Assembly (NCBI GenBank): GCA_963677765.1
Contig: OY782392.1
Span: 990,001-1,022,000 of the forward strand
Length of the DNA stretch: 32,000 nt
Origin: Candidatus Saccharimonadota bacterium
GTDB taxonomy: Bacteria; Patescibacteriota; Gracilibacteria; BD1-5; UBA6164
Direction: 5' to 3'
In this document: positions 1 through 9,174 of the stretch, one piece after another
Layout: every line of letters begins with the position of its first letter
Position numbering within the stretch: the stretch's first letter is position 1
Position numbers and translations under genes: made by a program
Notes under the pieces: generated by a model
Told to the model about the DNA's origin: nothing
Seen by the model: only the letters and a program-made list of their open reading frames with translations
Database searches by the model: none

Positions 1-234
1 ATTTGAAGACTTTATTATAATGCATGAAGATGTCCTGATACATGATGATATAATTATTGGAAATGAGAACTATCAAAGTCTTCAATAACAGAAGTTACTA
101 CACATTTTAACTGAGCTCTAGCTAGAGATTGCTTAGAGAAAACTTGAACAACTGATAAAACTATTTGTTTTAATAAAATGTTTTGTCCAACTTGATATAC
201 TTATATTCCAAGAACTGACTCTTGTAGTAAATAA
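1..234 (+). CDS. 3' end of a hypothetical Cys-rich (probably extracellular) protein; partial, start lies outside the window
   Basis: Frame 1 stays open for 77 codons with TGA=Gly in a very AT-rich background and ends at TAA 232-234. Translation ends ...NAGRCPDTGGYNYWKGELSK...DCLEKTGTTDKTICFNKMFCPTGYTYIPRTDSCSK. A hairpin terminator follows immediately. Confidence 0.5.
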
Positions 235-261
235 AAAAACACCTTTTATAGGTGTTTTTTT
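234..261 (+). terminator. Rho-independent terminator
   Basis: The arms aaaaaacacct and aggtgtttttt form a hairpin, followed by a T-run. Confidence 0.6.
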
Positions 262-268
262 GTAAAAT

Positions 269-297
269 AAAAAGCCACTTATTATAAGTGGCTTTTT
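269..297 (-). terminator. Rho-independent terminator for the minus-strand gene 316..507
   Basis: The arms aaaaagccactta and taagtggcttttt form a hairpin with A/T runs on both sides. Confidence 0.6.
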
Positions 298-315
298 AAG
301 ATCAACGGATAAAAC

Positions 316-507
316 TTATACTTTTATCCCTTGATCTCTTAGCTCTTGCTCATAGATTCTTTTTCTCTCTTCAGGATTTGGGATGTCTTGTTTGAAACTT
401 CTACCTGTAGCTTCTTGGTATTTTTTGTTGTGACGATCCTTCCAGTGAGAGAATTTATTCCAGTTGCTTTGCAGACCTAGGTCCTCTTTTGTTTGCGAGT
501 CGAGCAT
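316..507 (-). CDS. Small hypothetical protein (63 aa), basic and charged
   Basis: The ORF is intact in both the standard code and code 25 because it has no in-frame TGA. A strong SD lies upstream (reverse complement reads aaaaaggagaaatatcATG). The terminator at 269-297 lies downstream. It uses many G/C-ending codons, unlike its neighbours. Confidence 0.75.
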   Translation of the reverse strand: MLDSQTKEDLGLQSNWNKFSHWKDRHNKKYQEATGRSFKQDIPNPEERKRIYEQELRDQGIKV

Positions 508-661
508 GATATTTCTCCTTTTTGATTGATGTTTACCCTCATGTGGGTATTATCTATTATATATGAATTATCCTTGATTTGTCAATTTTTTATTAAAAAT
601 TACTTCTTTACTTTTGAGTATTAATTTTTATTATTATTGTAATATTTAATAATCTAAGTAG

Positions 662-1957
662 ATGAAAAAAATTTATTTAATAGATTGAAATAGTTTTATA
701 TATCGTATGTTTTTTGCTCTTCCAGAGTTTTCAACTACTGATTGAAAAATTGTTAATGCTTTATTTTGAATGGCTAAATTTTTTGTTTCAACATTGGTTA
801 AAGAGAATCCAGATTATGTTGTTTTTGTTAAAGATGCAAAATGAGAAAATTTTCGTCATAAATTATATAGTGATTACAAAGCTACTAGAGATAGAATGCC
901 AGATAACTTGAGATCTCAAATCATCGATATAGAGGAAATGATATCAAAAATGAATATTGATATTATTGAAATACCTTGATATGAAGCTGATGATGTTATA
1001 GGTACTCTTGCAACTGATCTTTGAAAAGATAAGGATAATGAAGTATATATATTATCAGGTGATAAAGATTTATATAGTTTAACAACTGATAATGTATTCA
1101 TTTATGATACAATGAAGAAGAAAACTTATAACTGAGAAAAAACTAGAGAAAAGTTTTGAATAGAATCAAAATTAATAATAGATTATTTAGCTATTGTTTG
1201 AGATAAGGCTGATAATATTCCAGGTATAGATTGATTTTGACCTAAAAAAGCTGTAGATTTAATCAATAATATTTGAACTGTAGAAAATATTTTAAAAGAG
1301 ATAGATTTAGTTGATTCATGAACTAAAACATTTAAAGATTATGATAAATCTATACAATCATGCTTTAAATGAAAAACATTTGAAAAATTAAATAATTCTA
1401 GGGAAGATGCTATATTAAGTAAAAAATTAGCAACTATTGAATTATGAGTTGAATTAGATAATTTTGAATTAGATAAATTTATTTTTAAATGAGATTCTAT
1501 ACTAAATACTGATGTAATTGAGTTTTTTAAAAAATATGAATTTAATTCTTTGTTATGAGATGACCATACAGAAAAATTACTTAACTTTGATGATTTAGGT
1601 CTAAAGGTTAATATAATTGATAACGATGATGAATTGAATAAATTATCAAGTTTAATACAAAAATATAATAGTATAACTCTAGATACTGAAACAACATCTT
1701 TGAATTATATAGAAGCTGAATTAGTATGAGTTTCTATATATCTAGATGATAATAATATTTATTATATAAATCGTTTACATGATTGAAAATCAGTTAGTGA
1801 TAATTCTTTATCTGATTTTTTAAAAAAACTATTAGAGTCTGATATATTGATTGTATGACATAATTTAAAATATGACTTACAAATATTGAATTTATATTTA
1901 GATTGAAACTATAAAAAATATAGTAATATTTCTTGACAAACTAGCTTAGATTTATAA
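662..1957 (+). CDS. polA: DNA polymerase I N-terminal fragment (431 aa): 5'-3' exonuclease/FEN domain plus only the first part of the 3'-5' exonuclease domain; no polymerase domain
   Basis: With TGA=Gly the translation begins MKKIYLIDGNSFIYRMFFALP. It continues through ...YEADDVIGTLA...LSGDKDL... and ...VGDKADNIPGIDGFGPKKA. It then shows DTETTSL (Exo I) and VGHNLKYDL (Exo II). TAA at 1955-1957 comes about 20 codons later and the next gene starts at 1997. Confidence 0.85.
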
Positions 1958-1996
1958 AATAAATATGATTTATTTAATATTAATTTATAGTAAAAT

Positions 1997-2911
1997 ATGA
2001 TAAAAAGAGTATTTTTGTTTTTAGTAACTAACTTAGCTGTTCTTATAGTACTTAGTTTAGTTATGTTATTGATTGAAAAATTTTTCTGAATAAATATTAG
2101 TTGATATGTAGGGAATTGATATATATCAGTTCTTATATTTGCATTGATATTTTGATTTTGAGGTGCTTTTATAAGTTTATTTATGTCTAAATGGATGGCA
2201 AAAAAGGCTTATTGAGTACAAGTTGTTTGAATTGATAGATACTATGATTTGAATGATAAGCAAAAGCTTGTTTTTGATGTTGTAAAAGAACTTTCTGAAA
2301 GAGAAAATATAGATATGCCTGAAGTTTGATTTTATAATTCAGCTGAACCTAATGCTTTTGCTACTTGAGCTTCAAAAAATAACTCATTAGTAGCTGTATC
2401 TAGTTGATTATTAGATTTAATGGATAAGGATGCTATAGAGTGAGTTATATGACATGAAATGGCTCATATTTTAAATTGAGATATGGTTACTATGACTCTT
2501 TTACAATGAGTATTAAATACTTTTGTTATATTTATTTCAAGAGTATTAGCATGAATAGTTGAATCATATTTAAATAAATGAGAACAATCTAATTGAGTTT
2601 CTTGGGCTTATATATTAATAAGTATGTTATTTGAAATTATTTTTTGAATTTTAGCATCACTTATTACAATGTGGTTTTCTAGATATAGAGAATATAGAGC
2701 TGATGAATGAAGTGCAAGATATGTCTGAAAACAAAAAATGATTGCTTGATTAGAAGCTTTGAAAAATATGAAAAATTTAGCATCAGAAGATTCTTCAAAA
2801 TTTGCAACTATGAAAATATCAACTAGATGAAAAACATGATTTATGAGCTTATTTTCTACACACCCAGATTTAGATGATAGAATTAATGCTTTAAAAAATT
2901 TAAATATATAA
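1997..2911 (+). CDS. htpX: Membrane zinc metalloprotease HtpX (M48 family), 304 aa
   Basis: The N-terminus has TM helices. Motifs are ...NAFATGASKNNSLVAVSSGLL..., the HEMAH motif in GVIGHEMAHILNGD, ...YREYRADEGSA... and ...STHPDLDDRINAL. Confidence 0.9.
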
Positions 2912-2922
2912 ATATTATTCAA

Positions 2923-2960
2923 ATAAAAACTAATTTTTATAAAAATTAGTTTTTATTTTT
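2923..2960 (+). terminator. Rho-independent terminator
   Basis: The arms ataaaaactaattttt and aaaaattagtttttat form a hairpin, followed by a T-run. Confidence 0.65.
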
Positions 2961-3006
2961 AAGATTTTTTATTAATATGGAGTTATTAAAATATAATTAT
3001 AAAAAT

Positions 3007-3636
3007 ATGAAAAAAATATTATCTTTAATTGTTTTTGTTTTTAGTATTTCTTCTGTAGCTGCATTATCTTTATCAGCTGATGTAGAATATGCTAATAAAT
3101 TAGCAGAAAAATGAATAATAAATGATCATAGTGAGAATCCATCAAATTATAATTTAAATGATAGTGTATTAAGACAAGAAATTGCAGCAGTTGCTAGATG
3201 AGTTTATGAATCAAGATTATGAAAAGAAATTTGAAGTTTAAAAAAAGATACTTGTGATAATATATTTTGAGATGTTAGTTCTACTAAACCAAATACTTGG
3301 GCTTGTTATAGTGTTGAAGCATTAGTTGATAATGATTTAATTGCAAAAAATACTAATTTTAGACCAGAGGATAAAATAACTAAAGCAGAATCTTTAGGTA
3401 TGCTTATAAAAGCTATAGGTTTTGAATATTCATATAATTCTGATTTAAATACTTCTTGGCAAGAACAAATAGTTGATTTTTCAGTTAAAAATTGAGTAAT
3501 AGCAAGTTTTAACGATTATGATGCTGAAGCTACAAGATGATGGATTTTTGAGGTTGCTAATCATGTTATAAGAGTTCATGAGACAAGACAAATAGAAAAG
3601 AAAAAACAAGAAACAATTAGTTGAGAGGTTTTATAA
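3007..3636 (+). CDS. Secreted protein with SLH (S-layer homology)-like repeats, 209 aa
   Basis: Signal-peptide-like N-terminus MKKILSLIVFVFSISSVAALSLSA. The SLH-like segment reads FGDVSSTKPNTWACYSVEALVDNDLIAKNTNFRPEDKITKAESLGMLIKAIG. An earlier half-repeat reads ANKLAEKGIINDHS... Confidence 0.7.
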
Positions 3637-3656
3637 TAACTACTTATTTATAATAA

Positions 3657-3926
3657 ATGGAAAATAAAGAATTACTTGAAAATTATAGAGAGCAAATTAA
3701 TACTCTTGATAAAGAACTTATATATTTGTTTTTTAGAAGATTTGAAATTGTTAAAGAAATTTGAAAAATAAAAAAAGAAGAATGAGTTAAACCTTTGGAT
3801 ACTAATAGATGGAATAAATTATTAGAAGATAATTTAGAGGTATCAAGAGAATTTGGGCTTGAAGATGAATTTATTATTGATATATGGAATAGAATTCATG
3901 AACAAAGTTTAAAATTAGAAAAATAA
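3657..3926 (+). CDS. AroQ-class chorismate mutase-like protein, 89 aa
   Basis: The translation LLENYREQINTLDKELIYLFFRRFEIVKEIGKIKKEEGVKPLDTNRWNKLLEDN... follows the AroQ helix pattern (R..Id.iD..l..Ll..R......ig..K). It starts 20 nt after the SLH gene, so the two are probably co-transcribed. Confidence 0.65.
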
Positions 3927-3957
3927 AAAAGAAATACTTTTATGTATTTCTTTTTTA
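3926..3957. terminator. Bidirectional rho-independent terminator between convergent genes
   Basis: The arms gaaatac and gtatttc form a hairpin flanked by an A-run and a T-run. It sits directly between the stops at 3924-3926 (+) and 3958-3960 (-). Confidence 0.65.
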
Positions 3958-5730
3958 TTATGATTTTAGTTCTATACTATATGCTTTTCAGTTAAATCAT
4001 GTTAATCTTGCATATTCAGCTGCTGATACATTCTCACTAGCTCTTGCACTTCATCAAGGGATATTTGACTTATAATAACTATAATAATTATTATCATTTC
4101 ATTTTATTTCTACATGTCAAAATTTTCTTCTTGCATTAGTAGCCCCAGATGATGAAGCATCTTCATTATATACTAATATTTCTCATGCTAGAGCATCTTT
4201 TGGATAATCTATATCTCTAGTTTTTATTTCTATATTTTCATGTATTATATTATCTATATCAATTCATGCATCTCTTAATTCATTTGAATTTTTTATTTCT
4301 CCAGTACTATTTCACCATTGTAATATAAATGGATTATTTGAGTTTATTTCTCAAGTTAATATAGAATCAAAATTAGCTCAATGTCTTTGGTAAGATATAT
4401 TTAATGTATTTCTTATAGATTTACTTCTCATGAAGGTATCTATAAGTCTATAAACTGCTAATCAACAACTATTTGGTCATGTTCTTCATAAATGTTTTTC
4501 TCATTCTCTTGATAACCATTCTCAAAACTCTTTTGATAAATTTCATTCAATATCTTCTCTAATTGTTTCAGTTTGTAGATTTTCAGGTCTAGGAGTAGGT
4601 CTTATATTTCATAAATTACTTTCTTCTGATGAATTTGTGTCTCATATATTTTCAGGTCTAGCTTTAGGTCTAGTTCATCATAGATTATTATCTTGACTTT
4701 CTCAATCTATAACTGAAGTTTCTTTTGAGTCATAATCTCATTCATTAGTTATGAATTCTTCAATTTTAAGAACTTGTCAATTAAATATACTTAATCTTCT
4801 TCATGATTCTGTTAAAAAATCTCAATCTCAATTATTTATATATGTTTCACCGTTTATTATTAACTTTTGATAATCTCAAAATAAATCAACTGCTCTCATT
4901 TCTCTATTAAGATTTGATTCAGGTAGTTTTATTTCAACTCAATTAGATGTTGTTTCAGTAAAAATTTTTCTTGCTTCTCTTTGGTAGTTATATTCAAATA
5001 TAATATTTCTTAGTTTATTAATATAGTTTATTCTATCATCCCTTCTTCATAGTAAATTTAATTGATTTAAAATTTTTGATAAATCTCTTTGTATAAATGA
5101 TTCATGTAATAATCATTCTACAGATGATGTTTCTGAAAAAACTAATGTATTATTGTTATTTCATTTATCCATTATAGTTATATTTCATTTTTCATCTATA
5201 AAAATAAAGCTATCAGGACTTATATCATTTGATAATATTATAGCAAGTAGTTCACTATCTACTCAATTTAATTTTGAAAAATTATCTATAAATCATTTTA
5301 CATCTTCTCATACTCTTCTACCACTTGAAATTTGTTTTGGTGTAAAGATATCACTAATTGGAGCATTTTTATATTTTATATATGTGTTTACTCAAAAAAG
5401 ACCATCAACATATGATCATGTAATATATTGAATATTTTTTACTTCTTGTCTTGTTAAAGACTTTATTTCATTTTCTATATTTTCAAAATCACTAGAATCT
5501 TGTATTATATTTTTTAGTTCTATTTCGTTTTTTATTTCTTGAATTTGAATAGATGTTTCTTCTTGAATACTTTCTTTTTCTAGATTATATTGAGATAAAT
5601 ATTCATTTATATCATCTTTTTCATTTTGATTTAAATTGTTATCTTCTAATGATTTTATAGCTAATTCTAAAAAATTATTATCTTGTGATAAATCATTTAT
5701 TTGTTCATTTCTTGATGGAATTTCGCTCAT
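3958..5730 (-). CDS. Large hypothetical protein (590 aa): acidic low-complexity N-terminus, Pro/Arg repeat linker, and a C-terminal putative Cys/His papain-fold (CHAP/NlpC-P60-like) domain
   Basis: The frame is continuous from ATG (5728-5730) to TAA (complement of 3958-3960) when TCA on the + strand is read as Gly. The N-terminus is MSEIPSRNEQINDLSQDNNFLELAIKSLEDNNLNQNEKDD... Repeats are RPKARPENIGD and RPTPRPENLQT. The C-terminus has ...GPNSCGLAVYRLI..., ...GEILVYNEDASSSG... and ...FGHVEIKGNDNNYY. No signal peptide or TM helix is evident. Confidence 0.8.
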
Positions 5731-5845
5731 AAACTTATTTGTTATACTTTATATAATAATTATATTTTATTATATTTTATAGATTATTACAAAATATTGT
5801 TTCTTTTTCTTGAAAAAATACGAAAAATAATTATAACTTATTTAA

Positions 5846-6002
5846 GTAAGAAAATATTTCTATATAAAAGTTGGGTTGGAATCCGTACTTGAAATGTTTT
5901 TTTGCAAAAGAAAAAACTTCCGGGTGGAACCGTCCTTTTTATCAAAAAGGACCCTGGAGACAATATTTTCAAAAGAAAAATGTCTCAATTAGGGTCTTTT
6001 TC
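5846..6002 (+). promoter_or_regulatory. T-box riboswitch leader (glycine) controlling glyQS by transcription attenuation
   Basis: The T-box core is ccGGGUGGAACCGUCC at 5920-5935. Antiterminator helix A1 pairs 5920-5924 with 5953-5957. The 7-nt bulge is UGGAACC (5925-5931). Helix A2 pairs 5932-5940 with 5944-5952. The competing terminator pairs 5950-5955 with 5991-5996 and 5957-5962 with 5981-5986, followed by UUUUUCUUUUU. An upstream long hairpin at 5846-5905 has the apical loop UUGGAAU. A possible promoter is TTGAAA (5810-5815), a 16-nt spacer, then TATAAC (5832-5837). Confidence 0.85.
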
Positions 6003-6041
6003 TTTTTGAATAAAAAATTTTTATTTTTTAATTATTGTCTT

Positions 6042-7457
6042 ATGAGTAATTTTACAATGAAGGATTTAGTTAATCTTTCTCAAACTAGAGGGTTTGTATA
6101 TCCATGATCAGAAATATATGGTTGATTAGCTAATTCTTGGGATTATGGACCTTATGGTTCTTTGATGAAAGAAAATATAAAGAATTTATGGATAAAGGAA
6201 TTTGTTCAAAAAAGAACAGATATGACTTTAATAGATTCATCAATATTATATAATCCACAAGTTTGGATAGCTTCATGACATGTAGGTGGTTTTAGTGATC
6301 CTCTAATCGATGATAAAAATACAAAACAAAGATTTAGAGCAGATAAATTATTAGAAGATTTGATAGAAAAATTAGATGATGCAGAAAATTATCTAAAAAC
6401 AAAATATTCAGTTAATAATCTTATTCCTGAATCTTGGCCTTTAGAAAAACAAACTGAGGTTATGAGATGAGAAAAAGTTTTAAATCCTGAAACATGAGAA
6501 CCATGAGATTGGACTGATGTAAAAACTTTTAATCTTATGTTTAAAACAAAGCAATGAGTTACAGATGATTCTTCTAATGAAATATATCTTAGACCAGAAA
6601 CTGCTCAATGAATTTTTATTGACTTTCCAAGTGTTCTTAGAACAAGTAGAAGAAAATTACCTTTCTGAGTTGCTCAAGTTGGTAAAGCTTTTAGAAATGA
6701 AATAACTCCAGGTAATTTTATTTTTAGAACTAGAGAATTTGAACAAATGGAAATAGAATATTTTTGTGAACCAGGTACTGATTTAGAAGTTCATGAAGAA
6801 TGGAAAAAAGCTTGTATGAGTTTTTTAAAAAATACTCTTTCTATAAAAGAAGATAATTTAAAACTTAGAGATCATGAAGATGATGAATTATCTCATTATT
6901 CAAATGCTACAACTGATATTGAATATAAATTCCCATTTGGTTGGTGAGAATTATGGTGAATAGCTGATAGAACAGATTTTGACCTGAAAGCACATATGTC
7001 TGAATCAAAAGCTGATATGAGTTATTTTGATCCAGTTAATAATAAAAAATATATTCCTTATGTAATTGAACCAAGTGTTTGATTAAATAGATTATTTTTA
7101 GCTTGTATGAGTGATGCTTATACTATAGATGAAGAAAATAATAGAACATATTTAAAACTTGATCCAAAAGTAGCTCCTATAAAAATTTGAGTTTTACCTG
7201 TTGTTAAAAAAATAGGAAACTTAGCAAAAGAAATTTATGCTCAGTTAAGTGAAGATTTTGTTTGTGAGTATGATGAAGTATGAAGTATAGGAAAAAGATA
7301 TGCAAGAATGGATGAAGTTTGAACACCTTTTTGTGTAACTGTAGATTCTAATAACTATGAAGCTTGAAAAGTTACTGTTAGATTTAGAGATACTATGGAA
7401 CAAGAAGAAGTTTTAATATCTGAATTAAATGATTTTATTAGATCTAAAATGAAATAA
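6042..7457 (+). CDS. glyQS: Glycine--tRNA ligase, homodimeric (alpha2) class II type, 471 aa
   Basis: The translation begins [50 protein letters not shown]. Later motifs are ...[14 protein letters not shown]... and ...[25 protein letters not shown]... Conserved Gly positions are encoded by TGA. Confidence 0.95.
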
Positions 7458-7491
7458 AAAAAATATCACTTTTTAAAGTGATATTTTTTTA
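7456..7491. terminator. Bidirectional rho-independent terminator
   Basis: The arms aaatatcacttt and aaagtgatattt form a hairpin flanked by an A-run and a T-run. It overlaps the stop of the convergent gene 7489..8055. Confidence 0.65.
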
Positions 7492-8055
7492 TAATTCATT
7501 ATTATTTTCAACTTCTTTATTTTCATTTGAAGTTTTATTTTCATTCATTTTGTATCATACTAAAGGGTACATTATGAAAGGAATTAGAATAAATCAAATA
7601 GTTGTTCATACTCATCTACCAGTTCTTACTGATATAGCATGTATAAGTTTAATCCACATTACAAGAGCATAAATATAAGCTATTATTAAACTTATTCCAA
7701 AAGTAAATATTGCTAAGAAAGCTCATACTACTATAGCTAAAATAGGAAAAACTAAATAGTGTAACCAAGATTTTTTTGAAGCACTAAAATAACTATATAT
7801 TTGAACTACTGGTATAAAAGAAACCCATGGATATTTTTCTCATAATTTTTTATTTATAAGATAAAGACCAATTGCTACAGTTAGATACATTATCAATGAC
7901 AATCCATTTACAGCCATTCATACTGCCGCTAGTGTATCCATCATAACTGGATCTATAGATTGTGCTTGAGTTTCAATTTGAGTATATTCTATATTTGCTC
8001 AACTAGTATTAGATTGTAACTCTTGCATCATTTGATTTATTTGTTCTTCGTTCAT
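7489..8055 (-). CDS. Integral membrane protein, hypothetical (188 aa)
   Basis: The minus-strand frame is open with TGA=Gly. Translation runs MNEEQINQMMQELQSNTSGANIEY...GLSLIMYLTVAIGLYLINKKLGEKYPWVSFIPVVQIYSYF...LVFPILAIVVGAFLAIFTFGISLIIAYIYALVMW... It has several hydrophobic helices. Confidence 0.7.
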
Positions 8056-8138
8056 AACATAATTTTTAGGGAATTAAATTTGTTTATTATAAACAATTAT
8101 ATATTATATAAAAGTATTTTATTTACAAATTTTTATTT

Positions 8139-9110
8139 ATGTCAGCTTTTGAAAATGCATTAGATAGAATAGAAAAAACTTTCTATTTATATAAAAAATG
8201 ATTTATAAATTTAAGTATTCCAATGCTTATTTATAATGTTTGATGATTAATTATATTACCTTATTTATTGGTTTTATTATTATTTCCATTTTTTTGAACT
8301 CTTTATTCTTTTTTTATAGGTAATTTTAATTGGTGATTTATTTTAACATTAATATTTCCAATTATTTTTATAATTTTGTTTTATATTTTCTTTTATATAG
8401 CAGTATTTATAACTACAATAAAATCTATAAATTACTATTATAATAATGAAAATAATTTAGAAAATTATTCTATACTTAATGAATTAAAACAATCAAAAAG
8501 TTATTTATGGTCTATAATGAAAACTTATTGGTATATATTTGCTTATGTTGCATTAATTCCTGCTTTGATATTTATCGCTTGATGAATATTATTTAACTTA
8601 GGTTATTTTCTTTGAAGGGTTGAACTACTTACTATTATAGGTGCTATATTTATGTGAATAGCTGCAATTATATTTATAGTATTTGCTATTTATAGATGAA
8701 TAAAAACAACTTTTGCATTATTCCATGCTATTTCAAATAATGATTATTCTAAAAATAATTTTTCAGAAGCAGTTAATTATTCTAATAATAATTGGTGGAA
8801 AATATTTTTAAATAGCTTGCTTATAGGTTTAATTGTAGGTCTTAGTTCAGGAATAATATTGAATTTTGTATATTTAATAGTTCCTGGTTCATCAGAAATA
8901 TTTTTAGAAGATGTTTTTGTTTGAAATTTTGATTTAATGGCTTGATTCTGATTTTTAATTAGTTCATTATTTGAATGATTTATCAATACAATATCATGAG
9001 TTTTTATGACAATATTTTTATTCATTCTTTATAAACAAATTCAGTGAGATAAATGAGAAATAAAAGAAGAAGTTATTAGTAAAGATTCAGAACTAAAAAA
9101 CGAATTATAA
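8139..9110 (+). CDS. Multi-pass integral membrane protein, hypothetical (323 aa)
   Basis: Translation runs MSAFENALDRIEKTFYLYKKGFINLSIPMLIYNVGGLIILPYLLVLLLFPFF... through ...IGLIVGLSSGIILNFVYLIVPG... The frame is the same as track ORF 8376..8582 and is joined to it through TGA codons. Confidence 0.75.
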
Positions 9111-9136
9111 ATTAATCTGGTTATTTTTTAAAAAAG

Positions 9137-9173
9137 AATTATAGTAGTATTACTTAGCTACTATAATTTTTTT
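9137..9173 (+). terminator. Rho-independent terminator
   Basis: The arms aattatagtag and ctactataatt form a hairpin with a 10-nt loop, followed by a T-run that ends just before the dprA ATG. Confidence 0.6.
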
Positions 9174-9174
9174 A

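Noticed and set aside
5890-5892. UGA followed by A (cuUGAAau) in the T-box leader as a possible UGA(Gly) specifier codon
   Set aside because: In the best fold these bases are paired at the junction of the two Stem I helices (U5890 with A5868, G5891 with C5860). There is no flanking S-turn (AGUA/GAA) arrangement that places UGA in a loop. GGA-A in the apical loop is the better candidate. This should still be tested experimentally.
5871-6107. Track ORF of 78 aa (MGWNPYLKCFFAKEKTSGWNRPFYQKGPW...)
   Set aside because: Its upstream two-thirds is the structured T-box leader (antiterminator and terminator) read as protein. Only its last 22 codons are real, being the N-terminus of GlyRS, which starts at ATG 6042.
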